This document shows, piece after piece, positions 9,572 to 19,211 of a DNA stretch of 64,000 bases. The notes below the pieces were generated by a model. The model saw nothing but the letters and a program-made list of their open reading frames with translations, had not been told where the DNA came from and ran no database searches. This DNA comes from a virus: IMG/VR virus record IMGVR_UViG_3300029790_000003; one strand, written 5' to 3'. Both the position numbers and the translations under genes were made by a program. Every line of letters starts with the position of its first letter. The first letter of the stretch is position 1.

Positions 9572-10020
9572 GGTTTTTGTCCTCCCTCATATGTCTCATA
9601 ATCAATCGTCCCCAGATCACCGTACACATCTGGGTAATAGATTCCAACCCAAAAGTTATCTTCCATTGCTTTGTAGTAAGTTACTTTTACATTCCATCTC
9701 TGTACCTCGTCAATAATTTCTTTGTTGAGAAGTCCGAATTGATCTCGGCAAGCTTCACTTTCCAGTTTGTAAGTCAATGCTTTGTATTTCTCGGCATTTG
9801 CCTGTCTGGTGGCGGTAACCGTAGTCTGGCTTATTGCTAAAAGCAATCCAGCGATCAAAAGATATACCGCACCGATAAAAGCCACTGCTACGCCCAAAAC
9901 AAGCACGGTTGCGCTCACATTCGAATACTCATATTCGTAGCTTAAAGATTCTCCTATTCTATTTGCAATCAGAATAACAACGCCGACTGCAAAAATGATT
10001 ATTGATAGCCAAAATATCAT
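9568..10020 (-). CDS. Integral membrane protein (150 aa, 2-3 TM)
   Basis: Hydrophobic helices (IIIFAVGVVILIA; VLVLGVAVAFIGAVYLLIAGLLLAI); translationally coupled to the lipoprotein gene. Confidence 0.55.
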   Translation of the reverse strand: MIFWLSIIIFAVGVVILIANRIGESLSYEYEYSNVSATVLVLGVAVAFIGAVYLLIAGLLLAISQTTVTATRQANAEKYKALTYKLESEACRDQFGLLNKEIIDEVQRWNVKVTYYKAMEDNFWVGIYYPDVYGDLGTIDYETYEGGQKP

Positions 10021-10110
10021 AGTGTGTCCTCCCTTTTCTCATTCTGCGTCAGATTTATCTGACATAATAATATCGTTAGATATTATTCAAAATATAATTC
10101 TTTCTCTTTT

Positions 10111-10217
10111 TCTTAATCTAAATCTATATCTAAATCTATATCTTAATCTATATCTTAATCTAAACCTTTATCTAAACCTTAATCTGAGTGCGTCTACTAT
10201 GCGTCTTTTGTGCGTCT
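10111..10217. repeat. Iteron array, copy A (homologous to the ori iterons inside the replisome-organizer gene at 49509-49629)
   Basis: Shared strings tctaaatcta, ttatctaaacct, atctgagtgcgtct, tgcgtcttttgtgcgtct in the same order and orientation. Confidence 0.7.
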
Positions 10218-10234
10218 AAAAAAATTAATTTATT

Positions 10235-11452
10235 TTAAGGTCTAAAATCATGCTTTTTTCTTTCCTCGCTTTCATATTCTGCACATTTTTCGGCGCAAAT
10301 AGTCCCTCCACAGGAAAACATAGCTTCTGGCATTTGCACTTTTTCATCATATTCTTTGCCTAATTTAAGCATTGAAAACATATTACCATAGTCTTCTCTA
10401 GTAACACAATTTGACCAATATTTATTTGACGCATAATGATTTAAAAGTCTTAATCCTTGTTCGGTAGTTAAAACTGGGTGAGGTTCATTGTATGTTTGAT
10501 AGTATTCCCTGTAATATTCTCTTAGCAATTCTGTGAAACCATTAAGGTACGGAATTAAGCTAACTCTATTTTGCGGCGAATATCTTTCAGAAAAGAAATA
10601 TCCATTATTTTCTAAATCAAGCCCATATTTAATATTTTTTATGCTCTTTTCGCCGTCAATATCTAGTATTCCTACAAAACATTTATCCATCATATAGTTT
10701 TGTGCAAATTTATCCTTATCAAATTTAACGCTTGGATATTTGACAAATATCTTCAAATACCGTTTATTTTTCTTTTCCTCCGCAAAATCTTCTTCTGTGA
10801 TTAAATATGTTTCAACATAATATTTTAAAAGTTTCGGATTAAACTCTATTCCTCGTGATGTTAAAACTTTCTTGATATAATTGAAATAATACTTTGACTT
10901 ATTATCCCCCTTTGAGTGATTAATACACACTCCTGGTATTTTTGAAAATGCCATTACAATTTCATCGTATGAAAATTCTTTACAATATGATTTTACGGAT
11001 TTTTCCATTGCGTCCATAATTTTATCTGCTGAAAATCTTTTCAACCAGATTCCTATTTCTTTGCGTCCGTTATCGTTTACATCACACCCTGTCAATTGTT
11101 CAAAATATTCGGTTAGCATGTTTACTGCCATATTATCATAATCGAGTAGCTCTTTCTTCCATTCAGCAATCATTTCCAACTGTTCTTTTTTCTCTGCAAG
11201 ATCTTTTAATGCTTCCTGTTGAAACGATATTGCTTTGGAATCTAAAATTCTAGTTTTTCCCTTCCCTCTATTGCAGTCGCGGCACGAAGTAATTAAATTT
11301 GTAATCTCATTATCCCCGCCCTCTGCTACTGGCTCAATATGGTCTACTTCCAAAATTACGTCTGGTGACATTCTTCCACAGTATTGACATGTGAATTTGT
11401 CTCTTTTGAATACTTCAAATCTGATTTTCTTGCTAAGTGGTTTTCTTGCCAT
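10235..11452 (-). CDS. HNH endonuclease-domain protein with ~330-aa C-terminal extension
   Basis: Start moved to MARKPL (RBS AAAGGCAGG); CQYCGR..EVDHIEPVAEGG..NLITSCRDCN HNH motif. Confidence 0.65.
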   Translation of the reverse strand: MARKPLSKKIRFEVFKRDKFTCQYCGRMSPDVILEVDHIEPVAEGGDNEITNLITSCRDCNRGKGKTRILDSKAISFQQEALKDLAEKKEQLEMIAEWKKELLDYDNMAVNMLTEYFEQLTGCDVNDNGRKEIGIWLKRFSADKIMDAMEKSVKSYCKEFSYDEIVMAFSKIPGVCINHSKGDNKSKYYFNYIKKVLTSRGIEFNPKLLKYYVETYLITEEDFAEEKKNKRYLKIFVKYPSVKFDKDKFAQNYMMDKCFVGILDIDGEKSIKNIKYGLDLENNGYFFSERYSPQNRVSLIPYLNGFTELLREYYREYYQTYNEPHPVLTTEQGLRLLNHYASNKYWSNCVTREDYGNMFSMLKLGKEYDEKVQMPEAMFSCGGTICAEKCAEYESEERKKHDFRP

Positions 11453-11580
11453 AGATTGATACCTGCCTTTCGTATAAAAGAGTGCCTTGAACTGTATGTA
11501 AATCAACAGGCAGGCGGCAAGGCATTTCCGCTTTTCGATGATCGGTCTAGCCTGTTGGTTTTACCAAAATTAACGGTTAA

Positions 11581-11652
11581 AATAAAAAAGAGCCGCCAAG
11601 TAAGATAAAAATTCCTCAAAATTGAGAAATGTTAATTTCTTCTTAGCGGCTC
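11581..11652 (-). terminator. Rho-independent terminator downstream of the tape measure gene
   Basis: GAGCCGC...GCGGCTC stem with extended imperfect pairing, followed on minus strand by TTTTTTATTTT. Confidence 0.5.
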
Positions 11653-11714
11653 AAAAATTCAAGACCGTGTGTACTTCTTCATTGAAGAAATTATACCACA
11701 CAATCAGTCAAAAA

Positions 11715-14700
11715 TCAATATGCCGGGGACGGTTTGAAACGGCTATCTGTATCATTTTGGGCTTTTGTTACTGCTTTCGCAATCTCGCTTCCGTCCAGGA
11801 TAATGCTGTTCATGATGTACTGCGGATTCTTGTTTCCACTGTTCATACTCATTGCCATTGCAACTCCCTGTGCTACTGCTTTTGCCATTTCTTCTTTTGT
11901 AAGTCCCATGCTTCCGTCTGAACTGGAAACAATGCTGTCTGCAATCTTCTTCATGGTTCGCGGATTTTCCAACGGAAGAACGGCTTCAGAACCAGCTTCA
12001 CCGATGCCAATTACCTGTGCACCATTGAAAAGACCACCTTTGGCGTACCAATTAGGCTTATAAACTGGTGTAGAACTGGTTCTTCCACCACCAAGATCAT
12101 GTTTTCTCCACTCTGAAATATAATAAGTCAGAGTTGGCAAGTGCACTTGTTTCATGCCATCAGCAAATGATTGAGCTGTTTCCCGACCAATTGATGTAAG
12201 ATTAACATTAAATAGCCTTTTAATTTTATCCGAAATCCCAGACAAATTAGATTCTGTGTAGGTTTTCATTTTTCCAGTTTCCGTGTCAACTTTACCAGAA
12301 GCCTTTTCCCAAATCTGGTTTGTATTGATAAGAACAGAAGACCAATAGCTTTGAATGGTTGTCATAACTTTACCCATTACATCTTTGGTATCGGTGTCCA
12401 TGGTTCCAAGGGCTGTTGATACTGCACTTGCAGAATTTCCCCAGTTTGTTTTAGAGTTGGTTTCAACATCATCATTCGTGTTCTTTATCTTTGACCAAAT
12501 AGAAGGCATTGTGCTTTCTGTGCTTTTTTTCATCCCAGCCATTGCAGTGCTTACGGCAGTGTTAGCAAGTCCAAAACCAGTTTTTGTCTTGGATGATACG
12601 GAGCTAGAAGCATTTGCAACAGCGGTAGTAATACCTCCCACTGCTGTTTTCACAGATGTATTCATTCCATCGAAAGAATTCTTTGCACTTGTTTCCATTG
12701 TAACAACTGCATCTGGAAAATCTTTTCTGAGTTTTTCATCTAATTCATCTAACGGAACGCCAGCATTTTTTAATGACGTATAAACTGCGTCTAGTGCTTC
12801 TTCTGTATTAGCATATGTTCTTCCAGATATTGCACTATCAAGAGCATCTTTAGCAGTTAAGTAGTCTCCACTAAATTGCTCGGAACTAAGACTTAAAAGA
12901 TAAAGTTCGTCTTTCAAATCAGATATACTGATTTTGGTTGTATCAAATTTTCCTGCTGATTCAGATACACCATCTCCAAGGGCTATAGCTTTGTCAGTCA
13001 TATCTTCCAAAAATCCAGTTGATACGCCCGCCTGTGCGCCGTATTTTTCGAGAATTTTTCTTGCATCTTCGGTTGATACGCCGAATTCTCCAAGTTTCTG
13101 AATGAAACTATCGTACATTTCAGAATTTGATTTTCCGGCACTTTCATCTGCTTCAATTAACTTCCAAAGCTCTTCTGCTTGGTCTTGCGTTATCTTATGA
13201 GCACTTTCCATCTCGCCTGTATAATCATGGAGATAACCACCTGTTTGTGATAGAATTCCATTTCCACCTTGCGCAGCTTCTGTAATACTTGCAATTCCTC
13301 TTGCGAGTTTAACGGATAATGCCGTTGCGACAAATACAATCCCAGCGGTTCCAAATATAGTACCAAGCGTTGAAGAAAATGAAGATAATCCACCTGTAGC
13401 CGCCGTTTCCGCTGCTCCACCAATATCACCGATGATAGTAGGAAGAGAAGATGCGGTATCAAGTGGGAAATTTAAAAGTTTTGAAGCTAATGAACCGATT
13501 CCACTTGCAAAGGAAAAGATTTTGGTGGCAATATCCTTGGCTATTTTGATTGCAAACAATGTTCCGAATGCAGCACCAACTTGTTTTATAAATTCTGGAT
13601 CAACTCCACTTAATTTTTCAGCCAGCCAATTAATAGCATTTGCAATACCATTAATTAAGTCCGCTCCGATATTAATTATTCCTTCAAGTCCGGTAATCAA
13701 CGCATCTGCAAATCCCTCTGCGAATGGTTGGAATGCAGACCATAAATTTCCAAGAGCAGTTCCAATAGCATTCCAATCAACCTTATCAATAAAATTCTGT
13801 ATTGAGGTTTTTACACGGTCAATGCTACTCCAAATCCACTCCCAGTCAACATCAATAACTCCGAAATTATCAAGTGCAAGTACGATTCCACCGATGCCAA
13901 GTGCCATTGCTGCATAAGGATGTTTTGCCAATAAAGCAAGTCCTTTTCCTAATGGGCTGTCTTTTCCGATGATTCCACCAATAAAGGTTAATCCTTTGAA
14001 TCCAAGGATTGCAATGGAGATTTGTCCAAGTCCTTTTCCAATTGCCTGTGCAGTTTCCGGGCTGATATTCTTTATTGCATCGGCAATTGAGTTCAAGCCT
14101 ACAGGAAGCGTTGTATTGATGAAATTTTCTCCAACATCGAGCAAATCTTTGAAGAAGTCAACAATTCCCTGTCCAACATTTTGTGCAAATGGCGCAAGTG
14201 CATCCCAGAAGTTTTTCAATGCCGAATTAAGTTCGTCCCAGTGAATGTTGTTTCCGAAATTTGTTAATGCGTCAACAAGTTCCGGGATTGCACTATTCAT
14301 TGTCCATGTACCTACCGGCACTAAGAATTTCTCATAGAAATCCATGAGACCAGTCCAAACAAATTTTGTTGGCTTTTGAAGCATTGTAAAGAAACTGGAA
14401 AGCGAGCTATTCAGTTTACCCCAATTGATTTTATTCAGTAAATCATTCGTAATATTAAAGAACCGTGGAAGCCCGGAATTATCAGATAACATCCATAATC
14501 CAATTGGTTTCAGATAATTATTCCACAAATCTTTCAGAGCTGTAATAGAGAAGTTTCCAAGCTTGCTAAGACCTTCACTGTACAGTTTCTTGATTGATTC
14601 TGTGGTTGGTTTAGCTGCTTTACGAATTTTCTTAAATACAGCTACAATCTGATCAGCGGTATCATTTGCCTTATTATTCATTTCTTCAAAAGCTTTATCC

Positions 14701-17700
14701 CATGCAGCTTGATACTCTGATAGGGCTTTATCTAATGCAGCATCCAATTCTGGAAGGTGTGTACTCCCACCGCCTCCACTTCCGGAAGAACTGGAAGAAT
14801 TGCTAACTTTTGCATCATTTAATTGATTTAATTCATCAAATGAAAGCACAGAAAGACTTTTTTGTAATTTCTTCGCATTGTCATTTGTTTTGTCAAGCCC
14901 GGAAGCTGCATCTTCTGTACTATCTGCAATACTTCCCATATCAACTGCGGCACTTCCTGTTGAGGCAACATAGTCGGACATTTTGATGCCTAAAAGTCTT
15001 CCAATCCACGAAAAAGCTCTCTGAATTGCAATAACAAAGGCGTTCATATATGGAAGAATCTTTGAGATAATTGGAATGAATAATGAACCGATAGTTCTTG
15101 AAAGTGCCGAAAAATTAGATTGCAGTAATCTTAATTGGTTTGCCGGCTGATTTATCGTATTAGCCAGGTCACCCCATGCATACTTTGAACTATTCAAGAT
15201 TGTTATAGTTCTCAGAATAGCCTTGTCCGATTGACTTAAACTTGATACAGTAGCGTCAATTCCAAGATTATAAAGTTCCTGTTGTAAATTTGCCACACGG
15301 ATATTAATGCCGTACTTGTCAATAGCCCGGCTCATTCCGGCTATTCCGGATGCCATATCATTCCATACATTGTTGAACTCAAGGTTCTTTACAGAAGCAA
15401 GGTCTGCCCCGATTTCTGTTAAAGCTTGTGAAACCTTAGTTGATGCATCTGCTGTTGCCCCCATAGATGATGCCATCTGAGCATAGGTGGCTTGATAATT
15501 CATCGTTTGGTTCGGATCAAGTCCGAGGCTCGTGCCTTTTGTTCTAGTCAGATCACCTGCATCTGATACTTCAAATCCAGTCATTTTTTTTGTCAGTTCT
15601 TTTGCACGTTTTTCAAAAGAACCCACATATTCCTCTGCGGATTTTACTCCTGCATTCTGCCACTTGCTCACGCCCAATCCGTCTGTAACTTGTTCGAACG
15701 CAGAATTGAAATAGTTCAATGTTTCAACATAATCAGATGCAGACTTTACAGAATTCCAAAGTGCTTTAATTCCTCTTGTCACAGTAAAAAATTTTGCATA
15801 TAAACTAGCAAGCTGTGAAGTTAATGAGCCAGTCTTTCTTGTGGTTACAGTTGCGGTATTTCCAAAATTAGCTAGTGCAGAGCTTGCAGAGCCAATCATG
15901 GAAGCTAATTTTCTTCCTGCATTTCCAAGTCCATTTGCGGCATTTGATAATCTCGAAAATGAATTCGTAAGAGAATTTGTGGCTTTATTTATTTTCCCAC
16001 TTGCAGTAGCTAACTGTGCCAAAGCTTCTGTCATTCTTACTGTGTTTTCGTTGATTTTTGGTGCGGTTTTCATTACATTGAAGAATGACAATACTTCATT
16101 TGCTAGTGTTCCAAGTTGTCCAGAAGATTTAGAAATTTTACCGCCAGCACTTGCCAATTGTGCAATTGACTGAACAAACCTATTTACGGAATCTGAAATT
16201 CCATCAACACCAATAAAGCTTTCTGTGATAAATTTCAAGCTACTTCCCAATGCAGGTAATTCAGTCGATACATTTGCAATATATTCGCCGGAATTGGCTA
16301 GTCTAGCCATTGAATTAACAAAACGATTAACACTTGCAGATACATCCGGTATTGCCGATAATCCAGATAACTGAGTGATTATCTCGCCAAGTTTCATAGA
16401 ATTAAAATTACTAATATCTACCTGGCTAAATCTGCTAATGGAATTAATGATTGCGTTCAAACCGGAAGCTTTATAATTAACATTTCCCATGGCTCTTAAA
16501 GAATCTGAAAACTGTTTCATTCCATCGGCAATGCTTGTCATCTGTCCTGCATCAATTTCTTTAAGTTTTCCGGTAACTGCATCTTTAATTCCTGTAGTAT
16601 CTACATCCAGAGTGACTTTTACAGCGTTATATTTCAGTTCAGCAACTTTATTGATTGCCTTCTGAATATCCATTGTTATCTTATCCGTATTGATTTTTAC
16701 ATCAATAGGGAGCTGACCGTCCGTACCTTTTAATGCGTCATTAAGTCTTGTTTTTACCTGTTCAGCGAGCTGCTGAGTGGAATCGACAGCCATTCCCCAC
16801 ACTTTGTCCGATGCTTTTGAAGCGTTTTCTCCATAAAGCGATTCTATTGATACTGGCTTTATTGATTCTCTAACTTTTTTGATATTTTCAAGTATGGTAA
16901 TCAGCTGATCTGCTGCATTTATAGTATCTCTTGGTACAAGAGTTGGGAATCTATCTGCTAATTCTTGCCAGGATTTGTCAAGTGTAATGCCTTTGGTTGC
17001 ATCTGTAACAACCTTATTCAGATTGTTTTTCAGAATCTCAGAAAATTCGCCTTTACCAAGGTCGGCTTTTAGCATATCGGAAACATAGATTTTCTTGTTT
17101 TTGAAGTAATTATTGAAATCAATCCATTCTTGTTCTGCTCCATCTAAGTAGCTTCCAAGATTAGCTTTTACTACACTTCCGCTTTTGAGAATCGTATTTC
17201 CAATTTCTTCAACAATGCTTCCAACATTTCCAGAGATTTCTTTTCCGTCAAAAGACTGTGCCATTTCCTTTGCAAGTTCGTTCATTTGAGAACGAACTTT
17301 TGAAGCAGCACCGCCTTTTAAGTTAAATGCTTCAATTAATTGCTTTGAAATGGAAGAGGTATCAATTTTAATATCACGTACTGTTTTATCAATGGCGTAT
17401 TGCAGTTTTTGTGTTTGATCTCCACCCTTGATATCCAAATCAATACTAATCTTTTGATTCTGAAGATTGCTAAGGTTGATTTTACTAAGTGTGTTTAATT
17501 TTGAAATAGCACTATCAAGCCCAGAAGTACGGACATTTCCTAGAGAATTAAAGGCAGACGTAACCCTTCCAAGTTCCCTTGCATAACTACGTAATCCATT
17601 TGTATTAACTCCGCTTAATGCGGAATTAACTTTTGTGAGTTTATTTGAAAGATTAGTCAGCGCACGTACTGCTTTTTCTGTACTACTGCTAATTTGTATA

Positions 17701-17729
17701 TCAAGGGTATCAATGGTATTTTCAGCCAT
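11715..17729 (-). CDS. Tail tape measure protein (2004 aa)
   Basis: Follows MTP and G/GT; RBS AAGGAGGG then ATG at 17729; coiled-coil N-terminus, hydrophobic mid-segments, C-terminal GEAGSEAVLPLE-type motif. Confidence 0.8.
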   Translation of the reverse strand: MAENTIDTLDIQISSSTEKAVRALTNLSNKLTKVNSALSGVNTNGLRSYARELGRVTSAFNSLGNVRTSGLDSAISKLNTLSKINLSNLQNQKISIDLDIKGGDQTQKLQYAIDKTVRDIKIDTSSISKQLIEAFNLKGGAASKVRSQMNELAKEMAQSFDGKEISGNVGSIVEEIGNTILKSGSVVKANLGSYLDGAEQEWIDFNNYFKNKKIYVSDMLKADLGKGEFSEILKNNLNKVVTDATKGITLDKSWQELADRFPTLVPRDTINAADQLITILENIKKVRESIKPVSIESLYGENASKASDKVWGMAVDSTQQLAEQVKTRLNDALKGTDGQLPIDVKINTDKITMDIQKAINKVAELKYNAVKVTLDVDTTGIKDAVTGKLKEIDAGQMTSIADGMKQFSDSLRAMGNVNYKASGLNAIINSISRFSQVDISNFNSMKLGEIITQLSGLSAIPDVSASVNRFVNSMARLANSGEYIANVSTELPALGSSLKFITESFIGVDGISDSVNRFVQSIAQLASAGGKISKSSGQLGTLANEVLSFFNVMKTAPKINENTVRMTEALAQLATASGKINKATNSLTNSFSRLSNAANGLGNAGRKLASMIGSASSALANFGNTATVTTRKTGSLTSQLASLYAKFFTVTRGIKALWNSVKSASDYVETLNYFNSAFEQVTDGLGVSKWQNAGVKSAEEYVGSFEKRAKELTKKMTGFEVSDAGDLTRTKGTSLGLDPNQTMNYQATYAQMASSMGATADASTKVSQALTEIGADLASVKNLEFNNVWNDMASGIAGMSRAIDKYGINIRVANLQQELYNLGIDATVSSLSQSDKAILRTITILNSSKYAWGDLANTINQPANQLRLLQSNFSALSRTIGSLFIPIISKILPYMNAFVIAIQRAFSWIGRLLGIKMSDYVASTGSAAVDMGSIADSTEDAASGLDKTNDNAKKLQKSLSVLSFDELNQLNDAKVSNSSSSSGSGGGGSTHLPELDAALDKALSEYQAAWDKAFEEMNNKANDTADQIVAVFKKIRKAAKPTTESIKKLYSEGLSKLGNFSITALKDLWNNYLKPIGLWMLSDNSGLPRFFNITNDLLNKINWGKLNSSLSSFFTMLQKPTKFVWTGLMDFYEKFLVPVGTWTMNSAIPELVDALTNFGNNIHWDELNSALKNFWDALAPFAQNVGQGIVDFFKDLLDVGENFINTTLPVGLNSIADAIKNISPETAQAIGKGLGQISIAILGFKGLTFIGGIIGKDSPLGKGLALLAKHPYAAMALGIGGIVLALDNFGVIDVDWEWIWSSIDRVKTSIQNFIDKVDWNAIGTALGNLWSAFQPFAEGFADALITGLEGIINIGADLINGIANAINWLAEKLSGVDPEFIKQVGAAFGTLFAIKIAKDIATKIFSFASGIGSLASKLLNFPLDTASSLPTIIGDIGGAAETAATGGLSSFSSTLGTIFGTAGIVFVATALSVKLARGIASITEAAQGGNGILSQTGGYLHDYTGEMESAHKITQDQAEELWKLIEADESAGKSNSEMYDSFIQKLGEFGVSTEDARKILEKYGAQAGVSTGFLEDMTDKAIALGDGVSESAGKFDTTKISISDLKDELYLLSLSSEQFSGDYLTAKDALDSAISGRTYANTEEALDAVYTSLKNAGVPLDELDEKLRKDFPDAVVTMETSAKNSFDGMNTSVKTAVGGITTAVANASSSVSSKTKTGFGLANTAVSTAMAGMKKSTESTMPSIWSKIKNTNDDVETNSKTNWGNSASAVSTALGTMDTDTKDVMGKVMTTIQSYWSSVLINTNQIWEKASGKVDTETGKMKTYTESNLSGISDKIKRLFNVNLTSIGRETAQSFADGMKQVHLPTLTYYISEWRKHDLGGGRTSSTPVYKPNWYAKGGLFNGAQVIGIGEAGSEAVLPLENPRTMKKIADSIVSSSDGSMGLTKEEMAKAVAQGVAMAMSMNSGNKNPQYIMNSIILDGSEIAKAVTKAQNDTDSRFKPSPAY

Positions 17730-17747
17730 TTTATTTATCCCTCCTTT

Positions 17748-17794
17748 TTTACAAAAAAATAAAGGGCAGACAAGAGTGTTAATCCTGCCTGCCC
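17748..17794 (-). terminator. Hairpin plus T-run overlapping the end of the GT ORF, immediately upstream of the TMP start
   Basis: GGGCAG...CTGCCC stem followed (minus) by TTTATTTTTTTGT. Confidence 0.45.
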
Positions 17795-18602
17795 TTTTCA
17801 TGGTTAAGCTCAAAGTTCGCCTGCATGAGTTGCAAGCTTGCCAAAAGTGCGTTTCTCTGTTTTTTCTTTTCTTCTTCGGAAAGTATACCTTCCTGTTTAC
17901 GCTTTTCTTCCTCTGCTGATTCCAGTAAAGGTTTCTTCAAATACTCTGCTTTGGATTTTTTCCCAATTAAAGCATTTGCAACAGCCGTAAATGTAGCCGA
18001 TGTTTGATAAATACCAGCTTGCCAGAGTTCAGCGTCTTTCCTTTTTTGGCGTATCTTTTCAGCTTCGAGATAAGGTTTCAATTCAGCTGGCGTAGAATCC
18101 ATAAATTCTTCTTTGGATACACCGATAGAGAGGTATAAAGGAAGAATCTCTTGGTAAACAACTTCTCGAAAAGTTAATTTTTCTTTTTGTGATCCTGTGG
18201 AAGCTTCGTTGCATTCTTCTCCACTGCCTGTGCTTCTGCTACTGCATTCAGCAGACCGGATAAAAAACCATTTTTCTCCAATTCTTTGTCGAGAAGTTGG
18301 TATAAATCAAATCCGCTTTTCGGATTTTCCTCAGTCCCTTCATCTTCGTAATCATCCAAAAGGTCACAGACTTTATTAAGAACAGCTTCTTTTTCAGAAT
18401 CACTTTCATACCCAAACTCTTCCTTGTGTTTCTTTTGAAGTCCGGCAAGAAGCAGTTCCGGGAGAAGAGAAATCATCTTCTGAAGGCTTCTCTCTTTTCC
18501 ATCTGTAATCCCCTGTACCTTGTCCAGCACATCTGTTTTTGTAAGAAGTCCATATCCAAATACAACCTTATACTCTTTTCCATGTACATTGAAAGTTACC
18601 AT
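17779..18602 (-). CDS. Tail assembly chaperone G-T fusion via programmed -1 ribosomal frameshift
   Basis: The -1 frame downstream of slippery C_AAA_AAG (18183-18189) is open and runs straight into ORF 17779..18102 (..DHKK/EKLTFREVVYQ..MDSTPAELK..). Confidence 0.6.
18174..18602 (-). CDS. Tail assembly chaperone G (142 aa)
   Basis: Acidic protein between MTP and TMP; ends ..HKKKN* with the slippery site 2 codons before the stop. Confidence 0.7.
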   Translation of the reverse strand: MVTFNVHGKEYKVVFGYGLLTKTDVLDKVQGITDGKERSLQKMISLLPELLLAGLQKKHKEEFGYESDSEKEAVLNKVCDLLDDYEDEGTEENPKSGFDLYQLLDKELEKNGFLSGLLNAVAEAQAVEKNATKLPQDHKKKN

Positions 18603-18626
18603 TTTATAATCCTCCCATTAAAAACA

Positions 18627-19103
18627 TCATTCTGATTTTGTAAGAGCAACTTTTGTTTCAAGTCCCTTGTAATCTGTGATAATAAGGGAAATAGACATTG
18701 TTGCAGCTTCATTCTGTCCAACTTCTGGAAGTGGAATCTCACGTCCACACTCAGCTGTAACAAAGAATGCATCTGCCATATCCGGGAAAACAACCTCAAA
18801 CCATGTTGCAAGTCCAGTTTCTTTTGCTGTCTTAGATGCACTATAAAGTTCCTTAATCTGCTTAACAGATTTATCTGGATCCATGATAAATTCGATTTCC
18901 CATGTACCACCAGTATCCTGTCTACCAGCTGCATATTTTGTGATATAATCTTCCAATGCTGATACGTCAATCTGCTCTGTATCAAGTGAAATTCCACCAA
19001 TAGAGCTTGCAAGCTCAAGTTGCTTAAAAGTTGTAGGCTTTACGCCTTTTTCGGTTTCAACTCCATAACCAAAAGTCACGCCTAATGTTGTTAAACGGCT
19101 CAT
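18627..19103 (-). CDS. Major tail protein (158 aa)
   Basis: Position immediately upstream of G/GT-TMP; size and beta-rich composition. Confidence 0.6.
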   Translation of the reverse strand: MSRLTTLGVTFGYGVETEKGVKPTTFKQLELASSIGGISLDTEQIDVSALEDYITKYAAGRQDTGGTWEIEFIMDPDKSVKQIKELYSASKTAKETGLATWFEVVFPDMADAFFVTAECGREIPLPEVGQNEAATMSISLIITDYKGLETKVALTKSE

Positions 19104-19211
19104 TATTTCTCCTTTCTACCTTTAACTCTTTAAGGTCAGCAATTTTTTTCAAACAAAAAATCGGTAATATGCACGTAACCCTGTGCCGGGAGATAGCGGA
19201 TCACCGCCTTT

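Noticed and set aside
9995-10219. ORF encoding NLNLYLNLYL... low-complexity peptide
   Set aside because: It is the translation of the iteron DNA repeats (copy A), not a gene.
10088-10230. Possible CRISPR array (short direct repeats)
   Set aside because: The units are 6-8 bp AT-rich iterons with no regular repeat-spacer architecture and no cas genes; they are homologous to the origin iterons inside the replisome-organizer gene.
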